From positions 38,697 to 102,696 of the forward strand of contig CABUQZ010000001.1 in NCBI GenBank assembly GCA_902493795.1: a stretch of DNA of 64,000 nucleotides, written 5' to 3'. Source of the DNA: an uncultured Clostridium sp. (GTDB taxonomy: Bacteria > Bacillota_I > Bacilli_A > RF39 > UBA660). Below are positions 10,407 to 19,873 of this stretch, one piece after another. Within the stretch, counting starts at the first letter, position 1. Every line of letters starts with the position of its first letter. The notes under the pieces are model-generated. The model saw only the letters and a program-made list of their open reading frames with translations, was not told the DNA's origin and searched no databases. A program made the position numbers and the translations under genes.

Positions 10407-11724
10407 ATTTATATATTATATCATATTTTTCACTTTTTAATTTAGTATATTTTGATTTTTTTACACCAGGAATCCAAATAATTGTTCCACGAGAATCTGT
10501 AACAACTGGCCACGTGTCTCTTTCTGATATAGGTATCTTACAATCTATAAAGATATCTTTTATTTTTCTAGCACCATCTATTTTTTTAAGTGACATCTTA
10601 TCACCTAACTGTCTAGTTCTAACATAAAGTGGCAATTTAACTTCACTTGTATCTATTCTACATACATAATTATTATTACTTTCTTCTTCGTTAATTTCCT
10701 CAATTCTATGACCATTTGGTAAGATAACAAACTTTTCAAGTTCCATATTATAATCTACAACTTCTTTAACTTCTTTAGTAAAAGTAGCATAGTCATAGGA
10801 TTTAATAACCTCAATATTATGAGGCAAACTTATTTTAGCATTAGCTCTTTTTGAAGATAATAATTCTTCAATTAATTTAACGTGCTTATCATTTATCACC
10901 ATCAAATTCTTCTTATATATATCCTCTAATATATAAGATATTATCTTCTTTTGGAGTAATCTATCTAAAGTTTTATATTCTATAATGTTAATTTTATTAT
11001 CACAATATACTTTATTTATTGTTTTTTTAATTTCTTCATTAATAAATCTATCATACTCTTCAAGTGTTTCACTATACTTTAAGAACTTTTCATGAACATT
11101 TTCATCTTCATTTTTTAGAAATGGAAGAACATTCATTCTGTATCTGTTTCTTGTATACTTATCCTTAAAATTAGATTTATCAACTACATATGGTATATCA
11201 TGGGCTTCATCATAGTTTTTAATATAATCTTTTGTCAAAAAGATTAATGGTCTAACCATCTTATAAGAACCATTATCTACTATTTTTTCAAAGCCACTAT
11301 ATCCTTTTAAAGTAGATCCTCTCACAATTCTCATAAGTATCGTTTCAATTAAATCATCACCATGATGTGCAGTTATCAAATAATTTGCTTCATATTTTTT
11401 CACTAAGTCTTCAAAAAAGTTATAACGGATTTTTCTAGCTTGATTATGAAAATTATCATCACTATAAGACTCTATTTTCATTGTTTCAAATAATACATTA
11501 TTTTTTTCACAATATTCCATTAAAAATTTTTGCTCAGCATCGCTTTCACTTCTTACATTGTGATTAACATGAGCACATATTATTTTTAAATTAAACTTAT
11601 CTCTTAACTTAAGTAAAACATTAAATAAAAACATTGAATCAGGTCCACCCGAATTTCCAATTACAATAGTGTCATTTTTATTTAATTTAACTTCATTAAT
11701 TAAAAAATTAATTACTTTATCCAT
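10399..11724 (-). CDS. tilS: tRNA(Ile)-lysidine synthetase
   Basis: PP-loop IVIGNSGGPDSMFL; overlaps ftsH by 8 nt. Confidence 0.9.
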   Translation of the reverse strand: MDKVINFLINEVKLNKNDTIVIGNSGGPDSMFLFNVLLKLRDKFNLKIICAHVNHNVRSESDAEQKFLMEYCEKNNVLFETMKIESYSDDNFHNQARKIRYNFFEDLVKKYEANYLITAHHGDDLIETILMRIVRGSTLKGYSGFEKIVDNGSYKMVRPLIFLTKDYIKNYDEAHDIPYVVDKSNFKDKYTRNRYRMNVLPFLKNEDENVHEKFLKYSETLEEYDRFINEEIKKTINKVYCDNKINIIEYKTLDRLLQKKIISYILEDIYKKNLMVINDKHVKLIEELLSSKRANAKISLPHNIEVIKSYDYATFTKEVKEVVDYNMELEKFVILPNGHRIEEINEEESNNNYVCRIDTSEVKLPLYVRTRQLGDKMSLKKIDGARKIKDIFIDCKIPISERDTWPVVTDSRGTIIWIPGVKKSKYTKLKSEKYDIIYKYV

Positions 11725-11795
11725 AATGTCACCACACGAATAATATTTTAGTAAAAAAACACAAGAATAGCAAGAAAAAAGAAGATATATCTTCT

Positions 11796-12128
11796 TTATT
11801 TTTCATCTGGTAACTTTATTATATATTCATCAGATTTTGAATAAAAATATTTTTCACGTAAATATCTTCCAACATACTCTGGATCTTGTAATTTTAAAAC
11901 ATCTGTTGAAAGAACATTTTCTTCTTCTTTTAACTCCTCTAGTTGTTGATTTAATTCTTCTTTTTCATGATATTTGTTAACAATTTCTAAAACCATGTTA
12001 ACTATTAGACTAAACGAGTAAAAAACAAACACAAAACTTGCCACACCAAAAAGGAAAAAGCGTATTATTTTTTTGTTAAACTTTTTCACAGTTTTCGTTT
12101 GTTTAGTTTTGGTTGTAGTATTTTTCAC
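11796..12128 (-). CDS. divIC: Septum formation initiator, DivIC/FtsB family
   Basis: Basic N-terminus, one TM segment, a coiled coil, and a C-terminal EYVGRYLREKYFYSKSDEYIIKLP motif. Confidence 0.7.
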   Translation of the reverse strand: MKNTTTKTKQTKTVKKFNKKIIRFFLFGVASFVFVFYSFSLIVNMVLEIVNKYHEKEELNQQLEELKEEENVLSTDVLKLQDPEYVGRYLREKYFYSKSDEYIIKLPDEK

Positions 12129-12255
12129 CTATAGTCACCCACTCTAACAAATAAATAATAACATCAAAAAATAAATCAATAAATAAAATTTACTATGCAT
12201 ATTTACTTTATTTACATTATTTTTACAAAAAAAGTACCCTTAAAGGATACTTCTA

Positions 12256-12471
12256 TTATTTTGCATATGGTAATAATGCAATTTGTCTTGCTATTTTAAC
12301 TTGACTAGCAACATGTCTTTGATGCTTAGCACAATTTCCTGTTACACGTCTAGGTAAAATTTTACCTCTTTCGTTAACAAATTTCTTTAATGTTTCAACA
12401 TCTTTATAATCAACATCGTGCCCTGTGCACATATAACATACTTTTTTCTTTTTTCTAAAAAATTCTGCCAT
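12256..12471 (-). CDS. rpsR: 30S ribosomal protein S18
   Basis: [34 protein letters not shown]. Confidence 0.95.
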   Translation of the reverse strand: MAEFFRKKKKVCYMCTGHDVDYKDVETLKKFVNERGKILPRRVTGNCAKHQRHVASQVKIARQIALLPYAK

Positions 12472-12485
12472 AATTATCTCCCTTC

Positions 12486-12959
12486 TTAATAGAACGGTAA
12501 CTCATCAGGATCAATCTCAATATTAGACCCTGCATTCCAAACACTAGCACCTTCAGAACTTGAATCGCTAGAAAAATCGCTTGGACTTACAGAAGAATCA
12601 TCAAAATTGCTGCTTGATGGCATATCACCTTTTCTATCCAAAAATTGAACAGAATCAGCAACTACATATGTTGACCATACTTGATTTCCATCTTTATTTG
12701 TATAATTATCAACCTGAAGTCTTCCATCGATAGCTATTTGATTTCCCTTTTTTTGAAACTTTGCCAAATTTTCTGCTTGTTTTCTCCATGCAACAACACT
12801 GATAAAATCAGCAGTTCTATTGCCATCTTGATTTCCAGATACAAAGCTTCTATCTACTGCGATAGTAAACCTACTACGAGCTACGCTTCCATTACTTGAA
12901 TTAACATACTCACATGTTGGGTCTTTTGTAAGACGACCAACTAAACATACTCTATTCAT
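12486..12959 (-). CDS. ssb: Single-stranded DNA-binding protein
   Basis: OB-fold N-terminus [14 protein letters not shown] and acidic tail ...DPDELPFY. Confidence 0.9.
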   Translation of the reverse strand: MNRVCLVGRLTKDPTCEYVNSSNGSVARSRFTIAVDRSFVSGNQDGNRTADFISVVAWRKQAENLAKFQKKGNQIAIDGRLQVDNYTNKDGNQVWSTYVVADSVQFLDRKGDMPSSSNFDDSSVSPSDFSSDSSSEGASVWNAGSNIEIDPDELPFY

Positions 12960-12973
12960 TTATTACCTCTTTC

Positions 12974-13264
12974 TTATTCACCAAGTTTAACAACGATACG
13001 ACGAATAATATTTTCATTGATTGAAGCAACACGATCAAATTCTTTAACAGCAACTGATCCTTTTTCTTCAACTAGATAATAGAAATAGTAACCTGTTTTA
13101 TATTTGTTAATTTCGTAGGCTAACTCTCTTTGTCCCCATTCTTTAGATTCAAGGATATTAGCTTTCTTCTCTTCTAAAAGTGTTTTAATTGATTCATTAA
13201 CACCTTTAATTTGAGCTTCTTCTAAATCAGGTCTTACGATAAAGATTAATTCATACTTTCTCAT
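12974..13264 (-). CDS. rpsF: 30S ribosomal protein S6
   Basis: MRKYELIFIVRPDL...; rpsF-ssb-rpsR synteny. Confidence 0.95.
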   Translation of the reverse strand: MRKYELIFIVRPDLEEAQIKGVNESIKTLLEEKKANILESKEWGQRELAYEINKYKTGYYFYYLVEEKGSVAVKEFDRVASINENIIRRIVVKLGE

Positions 13265-13375
13265 CTTTACACCTCCTTTTGGACTTTGGCCATACTAAAT
13301 ATGGCAAGGAGTATTAAATACTCGTATGTAATATAACAAAAAACGAAAAATTTGTCCAGCATTTTTTTACTTGGG

Positions 13376-13400
13376 GTTAAAAAAAGAAGTAAAACTTCTT
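13376..13400 (-). terminator. Rho-independent terminator ending the NAD operon; overlaps the nrtR stop codon
   Basis: Hairpin aagaagt-aaa-acttctt followed by a T-run on the minus strand. Confidence 0.6.
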
Positions 13401-14223
13401 ATTTACCATTATATTTAAATAATCTACTAGGTCTATGTCCTTCACCTGTTTTATATTTATCTGTTGGAATTACTTTATTAGCAATTATTCTTCTAAAAGC
13501 AGGGTCTAATAATTTCTTTCTCAAAATAACTTCATATACTCTTTGTAACTCTCCTAAAGTGAAATATTCAGGCATCATATTAAATACAATATCAGTATAC
13601 TCAATTTTATTTTTTAATCTTTCTATTCCACTTAAAATAACTAAAGGATGATCAAATGCCATATATTTGTTTTCGTGAATTTTAAATGAATATCTATCAG
13701 TAGTTAACTCTTTTAAGTGTTTTTCTATAGAAAAATCAATTATTTCTTCATTGTTACTAAGTGTTATTTTAACAATATTTTCATCCTGAGAAATATCAAT
13801 TATATCAAACCATGACGAATTACTACTTAAGTTTTCTGTTACTTTATCTTTATCAATTAAAGCCATATAGCTAACAGAAATAACTCTCATACGAGGATCT
13901 CTATCTATTTCTCCAAAAGTATACAACTGTTCCAAATAAATATTAGATATTCCAGTTTCATTCTTCAATACCTTAATAGGTGCTTCATCAAGAGTATCAG
14001 AAGTTCCAACAAATCCACCAGGTAAACACCACTTGTCTTTAAATGGATAAGTATCTCTTTTAACAAGTAACACACTCATCTTTTTATCATCTAACTTTTT
14101 ATAATTAGAAGAATCTACACTAGATATTCCAAAAACCAAAACATCAGTTGTACATGCAATACTAGGATAGTCTTTAGGATTATAATCTTTTAAAAACTCC
14201 TCCTCATTTTCATATTCTTTCAT
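13399..14223 (-). CDS. nrtR: Nudix-related transcriptional regulator NrtR (degenerate Nudix domain plus C-terminal winged helix)
   Basis: The Nudix box is degenerate (GGFVGTSDTLDEAPIKVLKNETGI). C-terminal FTLGELQRVYEVILRKKLLDPAFRR resembles the NrtR DNA-binding domain. It is the last gene of an NAD salvage operon. Confidence 0.65.
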   Translation of the reverse strand: MKEYENEEEFLKDYNPKDYPSIACTTDVLVFGISSVDSSNYKKLDDKKMSVLLVKRDTYPFKDKWCLPGGFVGTSDTLDEAPIKVLKNETGISNIYLEQLYTFGEIDRDPRMRVISVSYMALIDKDKVTENLSSNSSWFDIIDISQDENIVKITLSNNEEIIDFSIEKHLKELTTDRYSFKIHENKYMAFDHPLVILSGIERLKNKIEYTDIVFNMMPEYFTLGELQRVYEVILRKKLLDPAFRRIIANKVIPTDKYKTGEGHRPSRLFKYNGK

Positions 14224-14227
14224 ATTA

Positions 14228-14701
14228 TTATTTTAAATTAAACTTTTCTTTTAAAAGTCTAATAACCTCCTGTAACACAAGATTTTTATTATCTTCTCTT
14301 TTATCATAAATTACTTTAATATGTGATTTTAAATAACTATTATTATCTCTATCATAAATTGATATAAACACTTCATCATCATTACCATAATCGTTATTTT
14401 GATCACTTCTTAAAAGTTTTCCTGTTATACCAATTCCATAATTTGAATCTGCAAACTTCGAAATATTAAAGCTCATTTCATCAGCTACTTCTTGTGAATA
14501 AACAGTGTACTTATCTATTACTTTTTCGTCTACTCCCATTTTTACTTTAAAATGATTTGCATAAGTAACACTAGAATACTCAAGAACATAAGATGCACCC
14601 GGAATATTTGTTATAGCGTTTACAATATACCCACCAGTACAAGATTCCATTGTAGCAATTTTCTTATTATTATTTTTTAAATATTCAACAATTTCTTTCA
14701 T
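14228..14701 (-). CDS. pncC: NMN amidohydrolase (CinA C-terminal domain, PncC)
   Basis: IATMESCTGG, a variant of the CinA/PncC IATAESCTGG motif. Confidence 0.75.
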   Translation of the reverse strand: MKEIVEYLKNNNKKIATMESCTGGYIVNAITNIPGASYVLEYSSVTYANHFKVKMGVDEKVIDKYTVYSQEVADEMSFNISKFADSNYGIGITGKLLRSDQNNDYGNDDEVFISIYDRDNNSYLKSHIKVIYDKREDNKNLVLQEVIRLLKEKFNLK

Positions 14702-14702
14702 A

Positions 14703-15773
14703 TTATTTTCTTCCTAACAACTCTAAAATTTTATCATTACTATGAACAATTTTTTTAAGTGATTTTCCTTCATGAATGTAATCTATTATTTCTGCTATTC
14801 TTCTTGAACAATTTACAACGTGTAACCATTTATATTTTTGATATTCTTTAGGAATATACGTTAAATTAGTTGTATAAAGTTTATCAAACACTTTATTCTT
14901 TTTAGCTTCTTTAAATATATCTATTCCACCAGTAAATAATGAAAATGTTGTAATAAAGAATATTTTCTTTGCTCCTTTTTCTCTTAACTTTTCTCCAACT
15001 TCAATAATAGAGGCACCACTTGCTATCATATCATCTACAACAATTACATTTTTATCTTTAACATCTGCTCCCATATAAGCATGTTCTACTATCGGATTTT
15101 TACCATTAACCACTTTCGTTAAATCACGTCTTTTATAAAACATGCCAACATCACTAAGAAGCATATCAGCATAATATCTTGCTCTTTCCATAGCACCCAT
15201 ATCAGGACTAATTACAAGTAAGTTATCTATTACTCCTTCTTCTTGAATTAACTCTTCAAGTATTATATTTGTTGGATAAAAATTTTCAAAAGGTAAATTT
15301 GGTACTGCATTAGCAACCTTTTTTTCATGACAATCAAAAGTTATAATATGATTAACATTAAGTCTTTTTAATTCTTGTAAGGCAAGCGCACAGTCAAGTG
15401 ACTCTTTTCCTTTTCTTCTATCTTGTCTTGATTGATATAAAAGTGGCATTATTACAGTGATTCTTCTAGCATATCCAGATAAAGCACTAATTGCTCTTTT
15501 TATATCTTGAAAGTGTTCATCAGGTCCCATAGGAACTTTCATATCATGCATTTCGTAAGTGACACCATAATTTCCAACATCACTTAATATAAATACATCT
15601 TTATCTCTAGTTGTCTCATTTATTATTACTTTTCCTTCACCATTATTGAATCTTACAGCATCTAAATCCATGATATGTGACTTATCACTTCTATTCATTT
15701 TCTTAAGGTATTCATCAACCTCTTGTCCTATTTCCTTAATATTATCCATAACTATAAGCTTTAGATCATCCAT
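14703..15773 (-). CDS. Ribose-phosphate pyrophosphokinase-family protein (Prs paralog with an insertion; 356 aa)
   Basis: RFNNGEGKVIINETTR, PLLYQSRQDRR and the PRPP-binding motif VVDDMIASGASI; an extra segment sits near residues 68-95. Confidence 0.6.
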   Translation of the reverse strand: MDDLKLIVMDNIKEIGQEVDEYLKKMNRSDKSHIMDLDAVRFNNGEGKVIINETTRDKDVFILSDVGNYGVTYEMHDMKVPMGPDEHFQDIKRAISALSGYARRITVIMPLLYQSRQDRRKGKESLDCALALQELKRLNVNHIITFDCHEKKVANAVPNLPFENFYPTNIILEELIQEEGVIDNLLVISPDMGAMERARYYADMLLSDVGMFYKRRDLTKVVNGKNPIVEHAYMGADVKDKNVIVVDDMIASGASIIEVGEKLREKGAKKIFFITTFSLFTGGIDIFKEAKKNKVFDKLYTTNLTYIPKEYQKYKWLHVVNCSRRIAEIIDYIHEGKSLKKIVHSNDKILELLGRK

Positions 15774-15791
15774 TTCATACCTCCATTATCT

Positions 15792-16346
15792 TTACTTACT
15801 TATTATTTCTTCAACAATTTTATTTAAAACTTGGTCTCTATCATAAGTTGTATCATAGTATTTAATTCCAAGTTTTTTACATTCTTTTTCTACTTGTCTA
15901 GAATAATCTATATCTAATTCAATTAGTCTCAATAACTCTTCGTCACTTTTTTTATTTGTCCAAAAGTTATTATCATCTTTTTCTCTAATTGTTTTCAAAA
16001 TTTCTGAAGGTAACGCTTTACTATATCCTAAAAAGATAACTTCTGTATCACTTGTATCAATCATACTAATATCTTTAGGAAATACAAATGGAGTATCAAA
16101 CAAATACTTTTCTTTTCCAAAATTTGTATCTGTCTTATTATCTAAAATAATACGATTAATTATTTTACATACTATAGGAGATACATCTTCCCATTTATCA
16201 TATTTAACTCCATACGCTTCGCATATTCCTCTTTTAACAGAGTCCATCTTATAATGAGTAAACCCATATTTATTTAACATCAATGATAAAGTTGTTTTAC
16301 CACTTCTTGCTGCACCAGCAATTATTATGTGCATAAATACCACCAA
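15792..16346 (-). CDS. P-loop kinase, candidate nicotinamide riboside/nucleoside kinase
   Basis: Walker A IIAGAARSGKTTLS; sits in the NAD operon between nadD and the prs-like gene. Confidence 0.35.
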   Translation of the reverse strand: MVVFMHIIIAGAARSGKTTLSLMLNKYGFTHYKMDSVKRGICEAYGVKYDKWEDVSPIVCKIINRIILDNKTDTNFGKEKYLFDTPFVFPKDISMIDTSDTEVIFLGYSKALPSEILKTIREKDDNNFWTNKKSDEELLRLIELDIDYSRQVEKECKKLGIKYYDTTYDRDQVLNKIVEEIISK

Positions 16347-16347
16347 C

Positions 16348-16911
16348 CTAATTATTATACAATTTATTTTCTATGATATAGTTGTAAACTTCTAAAGGTA
16401 TATAATTTATATCAAGCTTATTTCTTAATTCAGTTGAACTAATATCTACGAAAGGATAATCTTTAATAATTACAAAATTTTCTTTATTTTCAAATTTATC
16501 AACATATTTTTTTATATCCAAATTATCTCTATTAAAAACAATTACTTTATTATTAGAAACAATTTGATCTACTTTCATCCATTTATCAAAAGAGACAATG
16601 TTATCAGCACCAATCATTAAATATAAATCATCATTTGGATGTTCTTTTTTTATAGCTTCTAACACTTGATAAGTATAATCATATTTATTATTAACGTTAT
16701 CTACAGTTAGATAATCTCTTTTAATCAGTTTTAACATTTCTACTCTTTTATTTATATCTGTCAAAGATTTTTTATCCCAATAATTCTTAGTAGGCAAAAT
16801 AACTATCTTATCTAAATAATTATTATCTATTAAATAATCCATAACTTTTATATGTCCAGTATGTATTGGGTCAAAAGATCCTACATAAACACCAAGTCTC
16901 ATTTTAATCAC
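16348..16911 (-). CDS. nadD: Nicotinate-nucleotide adenylyltransferase
   Basis: LGVYVGSFDPIHTGHIKV (HxGH motif) and a C-terminal SSTELR motif. Confidence 0.85.
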   Translation of the reverse strand: MIKMRLGVYVGSFDPIHTGHIKVMDYLIDNNYLDKIVILPTKNYWDKKSLTDINKRVEMLKLIKRDYLTVDNVNNKYDYTYQVLEAIKKEHPNDDLYLMIGADNIVSFDKWMKVDQIVSNNKVIVFNRDNLDIKKYVDKFENKENFVIIKDYPFVDISSTELRNKLDINYIPLEVYNYIIENKLYNN

Positions 16912-16938
16912 CTACCAATAAATAATATTATAACAAAT

Positions 16939-17712
16939 TTATTTAGTTTGGCGATAGGTTGGAATAACAAATTTATGTTGATTGTTATTATGTAGTCTTT
17001 CTATCTTTTCTCTTACTTCAACAGGTAATTGTTCTTTATCTTCTAAATATGTTGCAATATCTTTATATTTTACTCCCAACTTATCTTCATCACTTAAGTT
17101 TGATAATCCATCACTTGGAGTTCTATAAAGCACTTCTTTAGGTACTTTTAAGTATTCTCCTACTGCAATTACTTCGTCAACTGTTAAATCTGCAAGGGCT
17201 GAAATATCATGAACTGAATCCCCACCTTTAGTGAAATAACCTACATAAAGTTCACTCTTATTACTTGTTCCACCAACTAAATAAGTTTTACCTTTTATAC
17301 TAGAATATAAAGCTGCTAAATAATATAATGTACTCATTCTTAATCTAGGTTTTAAATTAATATCACTATTTTTTAAGTTTTCTTCTGTAAACTCACCTAA
17401 TTTATCGATTTCTTTTTTAAATGTATTAAAAGTTGGTGTTAAATCTACATTAATTAATTCAAATCCATAGTAATCTGCTACTACTTTAGCAAGATCTTTA
17501 TCTTTAGGTTTTGACTCACAAGGCATTGTTACACCAAGAACATTTTCACTTCCAAGAGCTTTAGTAAATAAAGCAGCAACAACACCAGAGTCTTTTCCAC
17601 CACTTATTCCTAAGACAACTCCCCCTAAATTATTTTTTTTGTAATAGTCTCTAATAAACTCGATTATTTCATTTGTAACTTTTTTAGCATCAAACATATT
17701 ATTTACCTCCAT
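16939..17712 (-). CDS. nadE: NH3-dependent NAD+ synthetase
   Basis: PP-loop GISGGKDSGVVAAL; 257 aa with no glutaminase domain. Confidence 0.85.
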   Translation of the reverse strand: MEVNNMFDAKKVTNEIIEFIRDYYKKNNLGGVVLGISGGKDSGVVAALFTKALGSENVLGVTMPCESKPKDKDLAKVVADYYGFELINVDLTPTFNTFKKEIDKLGEFTEENLKNSDINLKPRLRMSTLYYLAALYSSIKGKTYLVGGTSNKSELYVGYFTKGGDSVHDISALADLTVDEVIAVGEYLKVPKEVLYRTPSDGLSNLSDEDKLGVKYKDIATYLEDKEQLPVEVREKIERLHNNNQHKFVIPTYRQTK

Positions 17713-19180
17713 AAATATGACGTTTTACATTATTAATAACTTCTTGTTTTGAATCAATATATTCTTTTGTACCACTAACTCTATATTCGTGTGGATTTAG
17801 CTCTCTTCTAACTTCTGGATATAACTTATTCATTTCTTGTTCGCAATAAGCTTTCTTTTCAAGTAATGTTGGCTCATCATAAACAAGCTCTCCATCTTTA
17901 AAGATATATTGTTGAAGTTCTTTTAATTTAAATCCATCGATAACACTGCTTTTTAACATATCTTGTGGACTAATAATTAATAAATTACTTGTATCGATAT
18001 GTTTTCCTTCTTCAGTCATAACATCTGCTAAAGCATAACCTGTTTTTTCATCAAATGCTCTATATAATCTTTTATAAAAAGGATTTATTGTTTTTATTGT
18101 ATCATTACTTAATTTAATTTTTGGAACCCATTTACCATTTTGTTTAATTGCTACTTCTTTGTAAACACATCCCATTCTTCCATTAGGTTTAGAAATATTA
18201 TCACCAACTCCTAAACTATCAAATTTTGCTCCTTGTCTAACAAGCGCTTCGATAACTTCTGCAGTAAGTCCATTACTTAAACAAATCTTTGCATTTGGGT
18301 ATCCTGCTTCATCTAACATTTTTCTTGCTTCACAAGATAAGTAAGCTAAGTCACCAGAATCTATTCTAATTCCAATATGATCAGTAGGAAGTCCAATTTC
18401 TTTCATATAGTCAAAAGTTTTAATTGCGTTTGGTACACCACTTCTTAAAGTATCATAAGTATCTACAAGCAAAGTTGCATTATTTGGAAACTTCTTAACA
18501 AACGCTTTAAATGAATCTAGCTCAGTATCAAAAGATTCTACAAAACTGTGAGCCATAGTTCCTAATGGTTTTAATCCTAAAGCTTTAGCAACAAGTGTAT
18601 TACTAGTACCAGCACAACCTGCCATTACTCCATATATTGAAGAATCAATTGCAGCTTCAGGTCCATCAGCACGTCTTGCTCCAAACTCCATAACAGGAAC
18701 ATTTTTAGGTACTGCTTCAATTATTCTTCTTGCTCCAGTCGCATGTTCCATAGAACCATTAACAAGTGTTAATAAAGCAGTTTCTATAACTTGAGCTTCT
18801 ACTAGTGGAGCTCTTACAGTAACAATAGGTTCATTAGGAAATACTGGTGTCCCATCTGGTACTGCTTTTAAGTCACCATGGAATTTGAAGTTTCTTAGTT
18901 TTTCAACAAACTCTTCTCCTAATCCTTGTTCTTTCAAAAATTCTAAATCTTCTTCTGAAAAATGTAGATTCTTAATGTATTCAATTATCTTATCAACTCC
19001 TGCCATAACAGCATATCCACCATCATTAGGAACTTTTCTAAAAAATACATCAAATACAACTTCTTCAGTATCTTTACTAGCAGAATTATATCCATCACTC
19101 ATTGTTAATTCATACCAGTCTGTTAGCATTGTATAATTTCTAGGTAATCTTTCAAATTTTTTCATTTTATCTTCCTCCAT
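17699..19180 (-). CDS. pncB: Nicotinate phosphoribosyltransferase
   Basis: N-terminal LTDWYELTM (PncB-type); 493 aa. Confidence 0.8.
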   Translation of the reverse strand: MEEDKMKKFERLPRNYTMLTDWYELTMSDGYNSASKDTEEVVFDVFFRKVPNDGGYAVMAGVDKIIEYIKNLHFSEEDLEFLKEQGLGEEFVEKLRNFKFHGDLKAVPDGTPVFPNEPIVTVRAPLVEAQVIETALLTLVNGSMEHATGARRIIEAVPKNVPVMEFGARRADGPEAAIDSSIYGVMAGCAGTSNTLVAKALGLKPLGTMAHSFVESFDTELDSFKAFVKKFPNNATLLVDTYDTLRSGVPNAIKTFDYMKEIGLPTDHIGIRIDSGDLAYLSCEARKMLDEAGYPNAKICLSNGLTAEVIEALVRQGAKFDSLGVGDNISKPNGRMGCVYKEVAIKQNGKWVPKIKLSNDTIKTINPFYKRLYRAFDEKTGYALADVMTEEGKHIDTSNLLIISPQDMLKSSVIDGFKLKELQQYIFKDGELVYDEPTLLEKKAYCEQEMNKLYPEVRRELNPHEYRVSGTKEYIDSKQEVINNVKRHIYGGK

Positions 19181-19772
19181 ATTTTTTTACTAATTTAATT
19201 CCACCTGCATTCATAAACTCAAATGCCATATTATTCCATTTATCTCTTGGGTGTGTTGGTGCATCAAAAGTTTCTACTGCGTTTTCTGGAACAACTATTT
19301 CTATATCCATATTATGTTCATCAAAATAATTTCTTAATGGTATTGCAAGATTAATAACACATATATCTGTACAACATCCAGTAATAACAATTCTCTTTAA
19401 GTTCTTCATTTTCTTAATGTTTTCTAAGAATCCTTTTGAAAACATTGCACTTGTTGAATTCTTCTCTTGAACTAAAGCCATATTTTCATATTTTTTTAAT
19501 TCTGAAACAACTTCTGATTCACTTGTATCTCTACGACTATGTATAGGATATCTTTTAAACTCAAGGCAACCCTCATTATGTACATCTTTAATAAACATTG
19601 TTCCTTTGTTTTCATCTTCACTAAATTCTTGAGCCAAAGATTGAATTTCTGGAACGATATGCATAATATATGGATCTGCCATTGCTCCTTCTTTAGTAAA
19701 ACCATTAATCATATCAACTACAATCAATAACTCTTTAATTTCTTCTAAATTTTTCTTATTCATAACACTCAT
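19167..19772 (-). CDS. pncA: Nicotinamidase / isochorismatase-family hydrolase
   Basis: VVDMINGF ... GCCTDICV; first gene of the operon, with RBS GGGAG. Confidence 0.7.
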   Translation of the reverse strand: MSVMNKKNLEEIKELLIVVDMINGFTKEGAMADPYIMHIVPEIQSLAQEFSEDENKGTMFIKDVHNEGCLEFKRYPIHSRRDTSESEVVSELKKYENMALVQEKNSTSAMFSKGFLENIKKMKNLKRIVITGCCTDICVINLAIPLRNYFDEHNMDIEIVVPENAVETFDAPTHPRDKWNNMAFEFMNAGGIKLVKKYGGR

Positions 19773-19790
19773 ACTCCCTTCTTTTTAACA

Positions 19791-19807
19791 AAGTGTTAAT
19801 AACACTT
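19791..19807. promoter_or_regulatory. 17-bp perfect palindrome AAGTGTTA-A-TAACACTT at about +1 of the pncA promoter; candidate NrtR operator
   Basis: The arms are exact reverse complements. The element lies immediately downstream of the predicted -10 and upstream of the pncA RBS. Confidence 0.5.
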
Positions 19808-19815
19808 ACGAGACC

Positions 19816-19844
19816 ATTCTATAACAATAAACATCATTTGTCAA
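19816..19844 (-). promoter_or_regulatory. Sigma-A-type promoter of the NAD operon (-35 TTGACA, 17-bp spacer, -10 TAGAAT)
   Basis: Minus-strand TTGACA at 19839-19844 and TAGAAT at 19816-19821. Confidence 0.55.
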
Positions 19845-19873
19845 TATCTTTTTAACAAAATATTAAAAAGAGC

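Noticed and set aside
13265-13398. Possible structured leader or riboswitch upstream of rpsF
   Set aside because: Only a plausible promoter (TGGACA-17-TATATT) and a short imperfect stem are visible. There are no recognisable riboswitch or T-box hallmarks.
14703-15773. Prs-like protein as a definite phage-type ADP-ribose pyrophosphokinase in a NAD-reconstitution (anti-defence) pathway
   Set aside because: The partner enzyme in the operon looks like ordinary PncB rather than a NAMPT-like transferase. The whole cluster is housekeeping-like and NrtR-regulated. This is retained only as a low-probability alternative in the operon finding.
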